The notes under the pieces: model-generated
What the model saw: only the letters and a program-made list of their open reading frames with translations
Told to the model about the DNA's origin: nothing
Databases searched by the model: none
In this document: positions 1 to 8,640 of the stretch, in pieces
Numbering within the stretch: the first letter of the stretch is position 1
How the letters are laid out: each line of letters starts with the position of its first letter
Assembly (NCBI GenBank): GCA_017549925.1
Contig: JAFYNA010000054.1
Location: 1-47,335 of the forward strand
DNA: 47,335 nucleotides
Source of the DNA: Clostridia bacterium
GTDB taxonomy: Bacteria; Bacillota; Clostridia; Oscillospirales; CAG-382
Direction of reading: 5' to 3'
Translations under genes and position numbers: made by a program

Positions 1-122
1 GCGGGAATGAGGATCTCCTCTCCGGACAACGCGTAAAGATCCGCTCCCGCGGCGCAGGCGCTTCCATAGGTAGGCATCATCGCATCGGGATGCAGTTTTA
101 CAAAAGGAACCTTCATTTTCAT
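1..122 (-). CDS. dut: dUTP diphosphatase (dUTPase), 5' end only; gene continues beyond the window start
   Basis: Minus-strand translation from ATG at 122 reads MKMKVPFVKLHPDAMMPTYGSACAAGADLYALSGEEILIP..., a typical dUTPase N-terminus (GS-x-AAG-x-DLYA). Truncated by the window edge, so absent from the ORF track. Confidence 0.65.
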   Translation of the reverse strand, partial: MKMKVPFVKLHPDAMMPTYGSACAAGADLYALSGEEILIP

Positions 123-138
123 AGGAAAACCCTATCCT

Positions 139-1167
139 TTACAGCAGATTTGCAATGTCGTAGATCAGCTTTTCGCTCTTTTCCCAGCCCAAGCAGGGAT
201 CGGTAATGGATTTCCCGTAGCAGCTCTCGCCGATCTTTTGATTGCCGTCTTCAATATAGCTTTCGATCATCAAGCCCTTCACCATATTGCGAAGGTTGTC
301 GGACTGTCTGCGGGAGTGCAGAACCTCCTTGGCAATACGCACCTGCTGATCGAACTTCTTGTTGGAGTTGTAGTGATTGGTATCCACGATGCAAGCGATG
401 TTCTCCAGGCCCTTTGCCGCATAAGCATCGTAAAGCTTCATCAGATCCTCGTAGTGATAGTTGGGAATGCACTTACCGTCGTTGTCAATGCTTCCGCGCA
501 AAATGGCGTGAGCCAAGGGATTGCCGGAGGAGGTAACCTCCCATCCGCGGTAGATGAAGGTGTGGGAGTGCTGAGCCGCCATAATGGAGTTCAGCATCAC
601 GGAAAGATCACCGCAGGAGGGATTTTTCATGCCAACGGGCACCTCGATGCCGCTGGCGGTCAAACGGTGCTGCTGATCCTCAACGGAACGGGCACCGATG
701 GCAACGTACCCCAAAAGATCGGAAAGATAGCGGTAGTTCTCGGGGTACAGCATCTCGTCTGCACAGGTCATTCCCGTCTCGGTGATGACACGGGTGTGGA
801 GATTGCGAATGGCAAGCAGACCTGCCAGCATATCCGGCTTCCCGTTAGGGTCGGGCTGATGGATCATTCCCTTGTAGCCGTCACCGGTGGTACGGGGCTT
901 GTTGGTGTAAATGCGGGGAATGATCAGGATCTTATCCTTCACGTCCTCTTGGATTCTTGCCAAACGGTTTACATAATCCATCACAGACTCCTCGTAATCC
1001 GCGGAGCAAGGGCCGATGATCAAAAGGAACTTGTCGCTTTTTCCGGTGAACACATCAGCGATCTGAGCGTCTCTTGCCACCTTTTGGGCTTTGACTGTAT
1101 CGGAGAGGGGATAAGCCTCCTTGATTTCTTTGGGAACGGGTAATTTTCTGTGGAATTCCATGGACAT
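139..1167 (-). CDS. 3-deoxy-7-phosphoheptulonate (DAHP) synthase, class I-alpha (AroF/G/H type)
   Basis: Motifs KFLLIIGPCS, IPRIYTNKPRTT..GYKGMI and the ~345-aa length match E. coli-type DAHP synthases. An AAGGAG RBS 8 nt before the ATG at 1167 favours this start over the ORF-track ATG at 1200. Confidence 0.9.
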   Translation of the reverse strand: MSMEFHRKLPVPKEIKEAYPLSDTVKAQKVARDAQIADVFTGKSDKFLLIIGPCSADYEESVMDYVNRLARIQEDVKDKILIIPRIYTNKPRTTGDGYKGMIHQPDPNGKPDMLAGLLAIRNLHTRVITETGMTCADEMLYPENYRYLSDLLGYVAIGARSVEDQQHRLTASGIEVPVGMKNPSCGDLSVMLNSIMAAQHSHTFIYRGWEVTSSGNPLAHAILRGSIDNDGKCIPNYHYEDLMKLYDAYAAKGLENIACIVDTNHYNSNKKFDQQVRIAKEVLHSRRQSDNLRNMVKGLMIESYIEDGNQKIGESCYGKSITDPCLGWEKSEKLIYDIANLL

Positions 1168-1214
1168 GGCGGGAGTCTCCTTGGGTAAGCTAGCTTGCAT
1201 TTGAAATATGAATT

Positions 1215-1243
1215 ATTTTACGCCAAAAAGCACTGTATGTCAA
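1215..1243 (-). promoter_or_regulatory. sigma-A type promoter for the DAHP synthase gene
   Basis: Minus strand: TTGACA (1243-1238), 17 nt, TAAAAT (1220-1215). Located upstream of the RBS and ATG at 1167. Confidence 0.6.
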
Positions 1244-1303
1244 TACAAATTTTTCTTTTTCACTTTAAAATGTAAAAAGATGCGCGGATCTTTCCCTCTT
1301 TTC

Positions 1304-1333
1304 TTGACAAGAAGCCTTCGGATATGGTATGAT
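1304..1333 (+). promoter_or_regulatory. sigma-A type promoter for the lipoprotein gene at 1377
   Basis: TTGACA (1304-1309), 18 nt, TATGAT (1328-1333) preceded by TGG (extended -10). GGAGG RBS 9 nt before ATG 1377. Confidence 0.6.
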
Positions 1334-1376
1334 AAAGGCGTAAAATTATACCCCCCGAAAACGGAGGACACTTATT

Positions 1377-4166
1377 ATGAAAAAAATCTGTCTGTGTATG
1401 CTTTTGATTGCGGCGATGCTTCTTGCTGCCTGCGGTGATGCCGTAGAGCAAAGCCTCGGTGCCGGAAATTCATCTTCTGCCGAAGAAGTTGCCTCCTCCG
1501 TGACACCGGAATCCTCTGTGGACGAGAGCAGTGTGTCTGCAGAGTCCTCCGAGCAGGAAGAGTCTTCCGAGCCCGAAGAGTCCTCTGAACCTGAAGAATC
1601 CTCCGAGCCGGAAGAATCCTCCGAACCCGAAGAGTCCTCTGAACCCGAAGAGTCTTCCGAGCCCGAAGAGTCCTCTGAACCTGAAGAATCCTCCGAGCCT
1701 GAAGAATCCTTCGAACCCGAAGAGTCCTCCGAGCCCGAAGAGCCGGATGACCCCAAGGAGGAACCTCCCGTTTCCTCCATTTCTTCCGTGGATCGCACCC
1801 TGCGTGCCAAGGAAGTAGCCAAGGGCTGCAAGTATACCTCTTCTTTCCAAACCAGCGAGCAGTACAAGGATGACGGCACCCTTTTGACCGACGGAAACAT
1901 TTCCTTGGATTTTGATAGGGAGACCTGGGCCGGCTATATGAGACCCGGGAATTTCAACATCGTGCTGGATCTGGGGTCGGTGAAGGACGATCTGGCGGAC
2001 TTCTCCGTGCATAGTCTTCGTCTGCTTTCCTACGGTATCGGCTCTCCCGCTACCGTACAGTTCGAGATTTCCACCGACGGTAAAAATTACCAAACCATCG
2101 GAACGGCATACCGCTCCTCGGCTCTGAATTCCTTGGGAGCCTTTACCTATCAGCTCAAGCTTGCCGAGACCGTTTCTGCGAGATACGTGCGTTTTTCCTT
2201 TACCGCGGGGGATAGCTCCTGGGTGTTCATAAGTGAGCTTTCCGTGCGCTCCTATCTTCCCGACACGGAGGAAGTTGGGCTGTATTACGGCGATTCCACG
2301 CTCCCCAAGGTGGATCCCAAGGATTACTGGCCCAAGGCAGAGCAGAATAACACTAAGAAAAATCTGATCGCAGGCAAGCAGCCTTACATCTTCAGCGAGG
2401 AAGAGATCGATTTTGCCAGAGCTACCGAGTATTACAACAGCATCCAGGCATTGCCCCTCCTCACCGATGGGAAGTTTGCAACCCGCGCTACCTATTCCGA
2501 TCCTGCGTTGGTTCATTTCACCGGCGCCATCGGACGTACCTTGACCTTTGATCTCGGTCATACCTCTGCTGTTTCCGGTGTGATGCTGCGCTTCTTAAAG
2601 GAAGATTCCTCCGGTGTCCAGCCTCCTCAGCGGATCGTGGTTTATGTGTCCGTAGATGGCGAGAACTGGGAGAAGGTTTACGACGGGGAAAATAGTGTCC
2701 AAGGAACCAATATCTACCAAAAGAAAGAGATCTCTCTGAAAAACACTTATAAAGCGCGCTTTGTTCGTGTTTACTTTACTGTTTCTTCCCACGTGTTCTG
2801 CGATGAAATCGAAGTCTACGGAACCACCGCGATTCCCGAAAATGCAAAAGATCCCAAGGCTACCGCGGAAGAAGAGGTTGAAGATCTCGGCTACGTGATG
2901 CCCGAGGACTTCTTGGGAGTACACAATGTACTGCTGTCCTACAACTGCCTGCCGGAGGATGGCAAGCATTCCGAGGCCGGCTTGATCACCGTGGAGGAAT
3001 ATCTCCCTCACGTGGGTTATTATGATGAGAGCGGTAAGCTGGTGGATACCTTCTTTGACGGCTTCCTGTATCTGCCTTATACCTCCTTCAACTATTCCGA
3101 CTACGCCAAATCCTTTGAGGGCTGGCAGTTCTACGTAGATGATATTTACGCCGAAGGCCGTAATATGGATGCCTTGAACCAAGCGGTGGGCATCGTTGGC
3201 GACGAGCTGAACCTTACGGACTACAAGTGCACCGTGTTCACCTCCATCCTTTATACATTCAAGACCTTGGAGAGCGGTGCCGTGAACTCCTTCGGCGATA
3301 TTGACGGAGACGGTGTTAAGGATAGCTTTTCCAGCATCGAGAACCGCAAGAAGGCCATCAAATGGATCATCGACCAGGAATATCAGCGCTTCCTGGCGGG
3401 TGGCTATGACAATTTGGAATTCGGCGGCTTCTATTGGTTCGAGGAATTCCTTTCCTTGGGTGATCCCGCCGAGAAGGAATTGACCCTGTACGCCTCTAAC
3501 TATGTTCACTCTCTGGGGCTGAAGCTGTTCTGGATCCCGTGGTATTGCGCTTCCGGTTACGATAAGTGGCAGGAATACGGCTTCGACGTAGCTTGTATGC
3601 AGCCCAACTATATGTTTGGTAACAAGGGCAATCCCGATGTGCTGCGCTTGACCGCAGAGAAGACCAAGCATTTGGGCATGTGCGTGGAGATCGAAATGAA
3701 CTCCGTGAACAACGCTGCCGACGTTCAGCGATACATGGAATACCTTGCCGCAGGTGCAGAATACGGCTATATGGATGCTGTCAAGATGTACTATCAGGGC
3801 GGTGTTCCCGGGGCCTTCCATGCGGCATATCTTTCCGAAGACCCCTTCAAGCGGGCGGTCTACGATATGACCTATCTCTTCGCGAAAGAGAAGTTTACCG
3901 CAGAGCCTCCCACCTATACTGTGGGTGATGTTGATTTTACAGGGAAGAACGGGTCCGTTTCCGGCAGCTTCTCTCCCACGGCGGACAAAGCCTTCTACGT
4001 GGAGCTGGCAGTATCTCCCACCCATGGTGACCTCTGCCTGAACAGCGACGGAAGTTTTATCTACTACGCTCGCGATGGCTTTACCGGTACAGACCGTTTC
4101 GCACTGCAGCTGAACTTCGGATACGCCGTTACCCAAGAGATTGTGATTACTGTGACGGTGGAATAA
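1377..4166 (+). CDS. Surface lipoprotein: (EESSEP)n linker, two discoidin/F5-8 type C-like domains, DUF4855-like putative glycoside-hydrolase domain, terminal Ig/cadherin-like module
   Basis: Signal peptide plus lipobox (MLLAAC, Cys19). Acidic tandem repeat. Discoidin-like ends ...ARYVRFSF..ISELSV and ...ARFVRVYF..CDEIEVYG. The C-terminal half (GGFYWFEEF, LFWIPWYCASGYDKW, ACMQPNYMF) resembles DUF4855. Family assignment is from memory, not a search. Confidence 0.8.
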   Translation: MKKICLCMLLIAAMLLAACGDAVEQSLGAGNSSSAEEVASSVTPESSVDESSVSAESSEQEESSEPEESSEPEESSEPEESSEPEESSEPEESSEPEESSEPEESSEPEESFEPEESSEPEEPDDPKEEPPVSSISSVDRTLRAKEVAKGCKYTSSFQTSEQYKDDGTLLTDGNISLDFDRETWAGYMRPGNFNIVLDLGSVKDDLADFSVHSLRLLSYGIGSPATVQFEISTDGKNYQTIGTAYRSSALNSLGAFTYQLKLAETVSARYVRFSFTAGDSSWVFISELSVRSYLPDTEEVGLYYGDSTLPKVDPKDYWPKAEQNNTKKNLIAGKQPYIFSEEEIDFARATEYYNSIQALPLLTDGKFATRATYSDPALVHFTGAIGRTLTFDLGHTSAVSGVMLRFLKEDSSGVQPPQRIVVYVSVDGENWEKVYDGENSVQGTNIYQKKEISLKNTYKARFVRVYFTVSSHVFCDEIEVYGTTAIPENAKDPKATAEEEVEDLGYVMPEDFLGVHNVLLSYNCLPEDGKHSEAGLITVEEYLPHVGYYDESGKLVDTFFDGFLYLPYTSFNYSDYAKSFEGWQFYVDDIYAEGRNMDALNQAVGIVGDELNLTDYKCTVFTSILYTFKTLESGAVNSFGDIDGDGVKDSFSSIENRKKAIKWIIDQEYQRFLAGGYDNLEFGGFYWFEEFLSLGDPAEKELTLYASNYVHSLGLKLFWIPWYCASGYDKWQEYGFDVACMQPNYMFGNKGNPDVLRLTAEKTKHLGMCVEIEMNSVNNAADVQRYMEYLAAGAEYGYMDAVKMYYQGGVPGAFHAAYLSEDPFKRAVYDMTYLFAKEKFTAEPPTYTVGDVDFTGKNGSVSGSFSPTADKAFYVELAVSPTHGDLCLNSDGSFIYYARDGFTGTDRFALQLNFGYAVTQEIVITVTVE
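1542..1739 (+). repeat. Tandem 18-bp repeat, 11 units (10 tight units at 1560-1739 organised as 2 x 90 bp), in frame, encoding EESSEP
   Basis: Units GAGTCTTCCGAGCCCGAA / GAGTCCTCTGAACCTGAA / GAATCCTCCGAGCCGGAA / GAATCCTCCGAACCCGAA / GAGTCCTCTGAACCCGAA at 1560-1649 are repeated at 1650-1739 with 4 substitutions. Confidence 0.95.
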
Positions 4167-4217
4167 CCTTTCCCATCCGTTGACTATACAAACGAGAAAA
4201 AGGACGAAAACAGAATT

Positions 4218-6008
4218 ATGAGAAAAGTAATTGCATTTTTCCTGGCACTTTCGTTTTTGCTGGGAACATTGCCGGTCTTTGCCGTTTCTGCGGCTGTCGC
4301 AGGGTATTGCGGCGGGGAAGGGAATGAGAACGGGATCTCCTGGTCCTTTGATTCCTCCACCGGCACGCTGACCATTACAGGTGCAGGAGCGATGGAAAAC
4401 TGGTACCACGAGATGGATCTGTCCATCGTTGCCGATTACGGATATAATATCGAAGATTATCTTCCCGCCGGAAAAGACTATGTCTATACCCCGTGGTATT
4501 CCTTCCGAAACGATATCCTTCACGCCGTGGTCTCCGACGGCATCACCACCCTGGGTGATTTCACCTTCAGCGGCTGTACCAAACTGAAGGATGTAACGCT
4601 GGGGAAAGATCTTACCGTCATTGGACACGCCGCCTTCGAGAAATGCGAGTCTTTGCAAGGCATCGCCATCCCCGAAAAGGTGAAGTCCATCGGTGTCGGT
4701 GCCTTTTACAGCAATATAGGTCTTACCTCCGTTGTGATTCCCGAGGGCGTGGAGAGCTTGGATTACGGTGCATTCTCCTTTTGCAGCAATTTGAATGAAA
4801 TCACCCTGCCCGCTACCCTTAAAAACATGAACGCACTTTGCTTTGCCTTTTGCGAAAAGCTTGCCTCCGTTGCGATCCCCAAGGATGTGCAGGGGATCGG
4901 TGCGTATACGTTCTATGAATGTAAGAGCATGAAGACCGTTACCTTTGCAGGGGATATCAAGTACATCAACAAAAGCGCCTTTGAGAACTGTCTCAGTTTG
5001 ACGAAGATCACCATTCCCGCGTCGGTTACGTCTATCGATCCTTCTGCCTTTACCAAATGCAGACGCTTGCTCATTTTTAACGTTTTTGCAGGCTCTTACG
5101 GCGAGGCGTTCTGTAAAGAGAATTTCTCCGGGGAAAAATATACCATCAACCTGGTGGAACATCAATGGACTGCCGTCAAGATAGTAAAACCCACCTGTGG
5201 TTCCCGGGGCTATACCCTCGAGAAATGCGAGAATTGCGGTCAGCAGCGCGAAGCGAACGTTTTGGAGCCTACCGGCGTCCATTCCTTCGGCAGCTATAAA
5301 GTCATTTCCAATGCCGGCTGCGGGATCGAAGGCTTGCGAGTCAGAACCTGCACCACCTGCGGTTACGAGGATTCTGACGTAGTTCCTGCTTGGTCACATA
5401 TCTACACAGAGTGGACTGAATTAAAAGCTGCCACTTGCGCGGAAGAAGGGGAAAGATCCCGTCTCTGCTACTCCTGCGGAATCATCGAGATCGAAACGAT
5501 CGAAAAGCTCCCTCATGCTATGGATGCGTGGGAGATGATCGCAGATTCCACCTGCTCCGAAGAGGGCAGCAAGAGCCGTTCTTGCGAGAAATGCGGTTTT
5601 GTTGAGATTCAAGCAATCCCCAAAAAGCCGCACACCTATACTTCCTTGGAAACCTCTCCCACCTGCGAGGAAAGCGGCTATACCATTTATTCCTGCCATT
5701 GCGGATATTCCTACAAGGAGGAGCATACCGCGCCCACAGGACATTCTTACAGCGAATGGATCATGACCGAGCCCGGTGTGGAAACCGGTACCTGCTCCAC
5801 TTGCGGTAAGACGGAGACCCGCAAGGCTACTCCCAACTACGATGTGGACGGCAATGGCACCATAGAAGAGACCGATCTGACCCTTTTGATGTCCGTTCTG
5901 GTAGGGAACACCTCTGCCGAGGAACTGAGCACCGATATGGATTTCGACGGCAAGCTCACCGTTTACGACTGCGTCTTGCTGATGCAGTATTTAGAAACTT
6001 TGGTATAA
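4218..6008 (+). CDS. Secreted BspA-type leucine-rich-repeat protein with six Cys-rich CxxCG modules and a C-terminal type I dockerin
   Basis: Signal peptide MRKVIAFFLALSFLLGTLPVFA. Repeats of the form IGxxAFxxCxxLxxIxIP (LRR_5-like). Cys modules at residues ~314-535. Dockerin Ca-binding loops DVDGNGTIEETD and DMDFDGKLTVYD (nt ~5832-5996). Confidence 0.85.
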   Translation: MRKVIAFFLALSFLLGTLPVFAVSAAVAGYCGGEGNENGISWSFDSSTGTLTITGAGAMENWYHEMDLSIVADYGYNIEDYLPAGKDYVYTPWYSFRNDILHAVVSDGITTLGDFTFSGCTKLKDVTLGKDLTVIGHAAFEKCESLQGIAIPEKVKSIGVGAFYSNIGLTSVVIPEGVESLDYGAFSFCSNLNEITLPATLKNMNALCFAFCEKLASVAIPKDVQGIGAYTFYECKSMKTVTFAGDIKYINKSAFENCLSLTKITIPASVTSIDPSAFTKCRRLLIFNVFAGSYGEAFCKENFSGEKYTINLVEHQWTAVKIVKPTCGSRGYTLEKCENCGQQREANVLEPTGVHSFGSYKVISNAGCGIEGLRVRTCTTCGYEDSDVVPAWSHIYTEWTELKAATCAEEGERSRLCYSCGIIEIETIEKLPHAMDAWEMIADSTCSEEGSKSRSCEKCGFVEIQAIPKKPHTYTSLETSPTCEESGYTIYSCHCGYSYKEEHTAPTGHSYSEWIMTEPGVETGTCSTCGKTETRKATPNYDVDGNGTIEETDLTLLMSVLVGNTSAEELSTDMDFDGKLTVYDCVLLMQYLETLV

Positions 6009-6010
6009 CA

Positions 6011-6043
6011 AAAGATCCACCGCTTCCTTGGCGGTGGATCTTT
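6011..6043. terminator. Bidirectional hairpin between convergent genes
   Basis: Perfect 13-bp inverted repeat AAAGATCCACCGC, 7 nt, GCGGTGGATCTTT, lying between the stop codons at 6008 (+) and 6052 (-). The flanking U-tracts are short. Confidence 0.6.
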
Positions 6044-6051
6044 CATAGATC

Positions 6052-7581
6052 TTATCTGTTTCTGAAAACGCCGATCTTCAGCTTCTCCAGCTGCTCGGGT
6101 GTGCAGGAGCCGGTGGCAAAGAATGCCACGCCCACTGCGCCTGCCTTACGGCATTCCTCCACCTGCTTGGTGGATTCAATGGTAGGCAAATGGTTGTACA
6201 TAGGTGCGATACCGGAAATGTTGGGTGCTTCGCCGTAGTTTTGAACCATGTAAGCCACCTCGGCACCCACGTCCTCTGCATCGTTGAGATACGCCATGGG
6301 GAAGATGGCATCCAGCCAGCCCTGCTTGACCCAGTAACGCCAATCCTGACACTTCAAGCGGATCGCCTCGTCGGGGTTGCCGAACACCGCGGTGGACAGC
6401 ATAATATCCCGTCCGCCTGCACGGTATTCACAGATCATATCGTAGACGCTCTTTACGTAAGAGGTGATCTTCTGAGCACGCCATGCCGTAAAGGTCTCCC
6501 AATCCTTGTGATCGGTGTCGGGAATGGTATCCAAATCGATCCCGCTGTCCTTTTTGAACATCTCCTTGGTAACCTCTTCAAATCCGGCGGAATGATCGAT
6601 TCCGTGGATCACGGGGTAACGGATGTAATCCAACTGCAGACCGTCGAAGTCGTAGCGATCCAGCAGATCGCGGATCATGCCCAACAGCAGCTCTTGCACC
6701 TCGGGCAAAGCGGGGTTCAGGAAATAGAAATCATCATAGGCATCGTGAAGCAGACCGCCATCCTTGCGGCGTGCCATCCACTCGGGATGCACCTCTGCCA
6801 TGGGACAGCCGTGGGATTTCACACCGAAGAAGAAATCCTCAAACCAAGCGTGGATCTTGATTCCGTGCTTTTTACCGTTACGGATCAAGGATTCGATGAC
6901 GTCAAACCCGTTGTCGTGTCTGGGACGCACGGGCAGGAAGTCGTAAACACACTTCAATGCGTTGGCATAGCCCTCGTAGTTGGTCTCGATGAGCATCAGA
7001 TTGAACCCTGCGTCGCGGAACTTGAGGATGGTTTCCTCAACCTCTTCTTCGCTCCTCTCGTGGGGACGGTGCCAAACACCGCGGATCTCATCGGAAACAG
7101 AGCGTGCAGTGTAGTAATAAGCTTCCTCAGTGAGGGTATCCACCTCTGCAAAACGCTGTTCTGCCAAGGCTGCCTTCGCCTGAGCGATCAACTGCTCCGC
7201 CTTGTCTCTCTGAATGTCTGCCTTGTCCGCAATGCAGTCATCCAGGCGCTTCAAAACCTCGTGGATCTTCTTCTCGCCATTCAACTGCAGGGAACGCTGA
7301 TCCACCTCGGCGGTGAGAAGCATATTATCCCGATCCAAAATGATCTTCGCGCCGATGCATACCGCATCCGCGATAAATCTTGCGGCGGCACCGTGACCGG
7401 AGATCACGTATCCGCCCTCGGGAATTTCGTTGTTGTTCTTTCCGTAGCGGATTACCCGTCCTTCCAAAACGCAAGCCTCGATACCGTAGGTGTTGGTACC
7501 GGTGTGGCCGCTTCCGTCGTAAATAACCAGCTCGTTGGCACCGCGGAATCCGTTAAATTTCGCAATGGGAAAGGTTTTCAT
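6052..7581 (-). CDS. Glycoside hydrolase-like 10 (GHL10/DUF187, YngK-type) family protein, no signal peptide
   Basis: Motifs NLMLIETNYEGY, IHAWFEDFFFG and DGLQLDYIRYP match the family. N-terminal beta module with GGYVISGHG. An AGGAGG RBS 9 nt before the ATG at 7581; the ORF-track TTG extension to 7602 contains that RBS. Confidence 0.8.
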   Translation of the reverse strand: MKTFPIAKFNGFRGANELVIYDGSGHTGTNTYGIEACVLEGRVIRYGKNNNEIPEGGYVISGHGAAARFIADAVCIGAKIILDRDNMLLTAEVDQRSLQLNGEKKIHEVLKRLDDCIADKADIQRDKAEQLIAQAKAALAEQRFAEVDTLTEEAYYYTARSVSDEIRGVWHRPHERSEEEVEETILKFRDAGFNLMLIETNYEGYANALKCVYDFLPVRPRHDNGFDVIESLIRNGKKHGIKIHAWFEDFFFGVKSHGCPMAEVHPEWMARRKDGGLLHDAYDDFYFLNPALPEVQELLLGMIRDLLDRYDFDGLQLDYIRYPVIHGIDHSAGFEEVTKEMFKKDSGIDLDTIPDTDHKDWETFTAWRAQKITSYVKSVYDMICEYRAGGRDIMLSTAVFGNPDEAIRLKCQDWRYWVKQGWLDAIFPMAYLNDAEDVGAEVAYMVQNYGEAPNISGIAPMYNHLPTIESTKQVEECRKAGAVGVAFFATGSCTPEQLEKLKIGVFRNR

Positions 7582-7622
7582 AGAAAAAATCCCTCCTATC
7601 AAGTATTTCAGTATTACTTACC

Positions 7623-7650
7623 ATTATACCATATCTTTTGCAAAAGTCAA
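7623..7650 (-). promoter_or_regulatory. sigma-A type promoter for the GHL10-like gene
   Basis: Minus strand: TTGACT (7650-7645), 16 nt, TATAAT (7628-7623) preceded by TGG (extended -10). Confidence 0.6.
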
Positions 7651-7694
7651 CCGCCATTCAATTATTCTGTGTAAAAATCGACAGCAGGTGAACC

Positions 7695-8591
7695 ATGTAT
7701 CTTTCCATGAACCAAGCCTTCCGCAAAACCTTCGGGAAAAAGGGATATAAGATCGCACTTTCCGCAGGAATGACCTGCCCCAATCGGGACGGCACCTTAG
7801 GAACTCGCGGCTGTATCTTCTGCAGTGGAGCAGGGGAGTTTGCTCAAAAGGGAGCTTCCGTTACCGCCCAGATCGAAGAGGGTGCCAAACAGATCGAAAA
7901 GAAAAACAAAGACGGTCTTTACATCGCCTATTTTCAGGATTTTACCAATACCTACGCACCGTTGCCCCGTCTGCGGGAGCTGTTTTACGAGGCCATTCGT
8001 CACCCTCGGGTAGCGGTGCTTTCCATCGCCACCCGCCCGGATTGTCTCCCTCCCGAGGTGCTGACTCTTTTGGAAGAGTTAAACCGCATCAAGCCTGTTT
8101 GGGTGGAGTTGGGATTGCAGACTGTCCACGAATCTACCGCGGAATTTATTCGAAGAGGCTACCCCCTTTCCGTGTACGATAATGCCGTGGAGGAACTGCA
8201 CCGACGGGGCATTACAGTGATCACCCATTTGATCCTGGGTTTGCCGGGTGAGACACCCGAGATGGTCTATCAAACGATCTCCCACGTAGGAAGCAGAACC
8301 GACGGCGTGAAATTCCATCTGCTTCACGTTGTCAAGGGCACAGATCTGGAGCCCCTCTATCGCCAAGGCTTGATCTCCGCCATGTCCTTCCCCGCCTACG
8401 CCCGCCTTTTGGGCGAGTGCATCAACCGTCTTCCTCCTCACGTGGTGATCCACCGTCTGACGGGGGACGGGGACAAGCGTACCCTGCTGGCGCCCCTTTG
8501 GAGCGGCGATAAAAAGCACGTCCTCAACAGTCTCAGCAGATTTTTTGCGCAAGAAAATGTTCGACAAGGCAAACTATATCTTGACAAGTAA
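7695..8591 (+). CDS. TIGR01212-family radical SAM protein (YtqA/YhcC-like)
   Basis: N-terminal GMTCPNRDGTLGTRGCIFCSG cluster motif, and overall similarity to TIGR01212 proteins as I recall them. Confidence 0.85.
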   Translation: MYLSMNQAFRKTFGKKGYKIALSAGMTCPNRDGTLGTRGCIFCSGAGEFAQKGASVTAQIEEGAKQIEKKNKDGLYIAYFQDFTNTYAPLPRLRELFYEAIRHPRVAVLSIATRPDCLPPEVLTLLEELNRIKPVWVELGLQTVHESTAEFIRRGYPLSVYDNAVEELHRRGITVITHLILGLPGETPEMVYQTISHVGSRTDGVKFHLLHVVKGTDLEPLYRQGLISAMSFPAYARLLGECINRLPPHVVIHRLTGDGDKRTLLAPLWSGDKKHVLNSLSRFFAQENVRQGKLYLDK

Positions 8592-8609
8592 TCTTTTAAC
8601 CGCTATAAT
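8581..8609 (+). promoter_or_regulatory. Perfect-consensus sigma-A promoter for the guanylate-kinase-like gene
   Basis: TTGACA (8581-8586), 17 nt, TATAAT (8604-8609). The -35 overlaps the last codons and stop of the radical SAM gene. Confidence 0.7.
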
Positions 8610-8640
8610 GAATAAAAGCGAAAAAAGGAGATCCAAAGCA

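Noticed and set aside
1542-1739. Possible CRISPR array
   Set aside because: The units are 18 bp and contiguous with no spacers, in frame within a coding region. There are no cas genes in the window.
1346-2561. ORFs 1346-1900(-), 1470-2561(-) and 1531-1818(+) with GSEDSS / PKSPP-type repeats
   Set aside because: They are alternative-frame and antisense readings of the 18-bp tandem repeat inside the lipoprotein gene.
2595-5282. 895-aa minus-strand ORF
   Set aside because: It is an antisense shadow across the DUF4855-like and LRR genes (both frame 0), with no RBS or promoter. The sense-strand proteins have signal peptides and recognisable domains.
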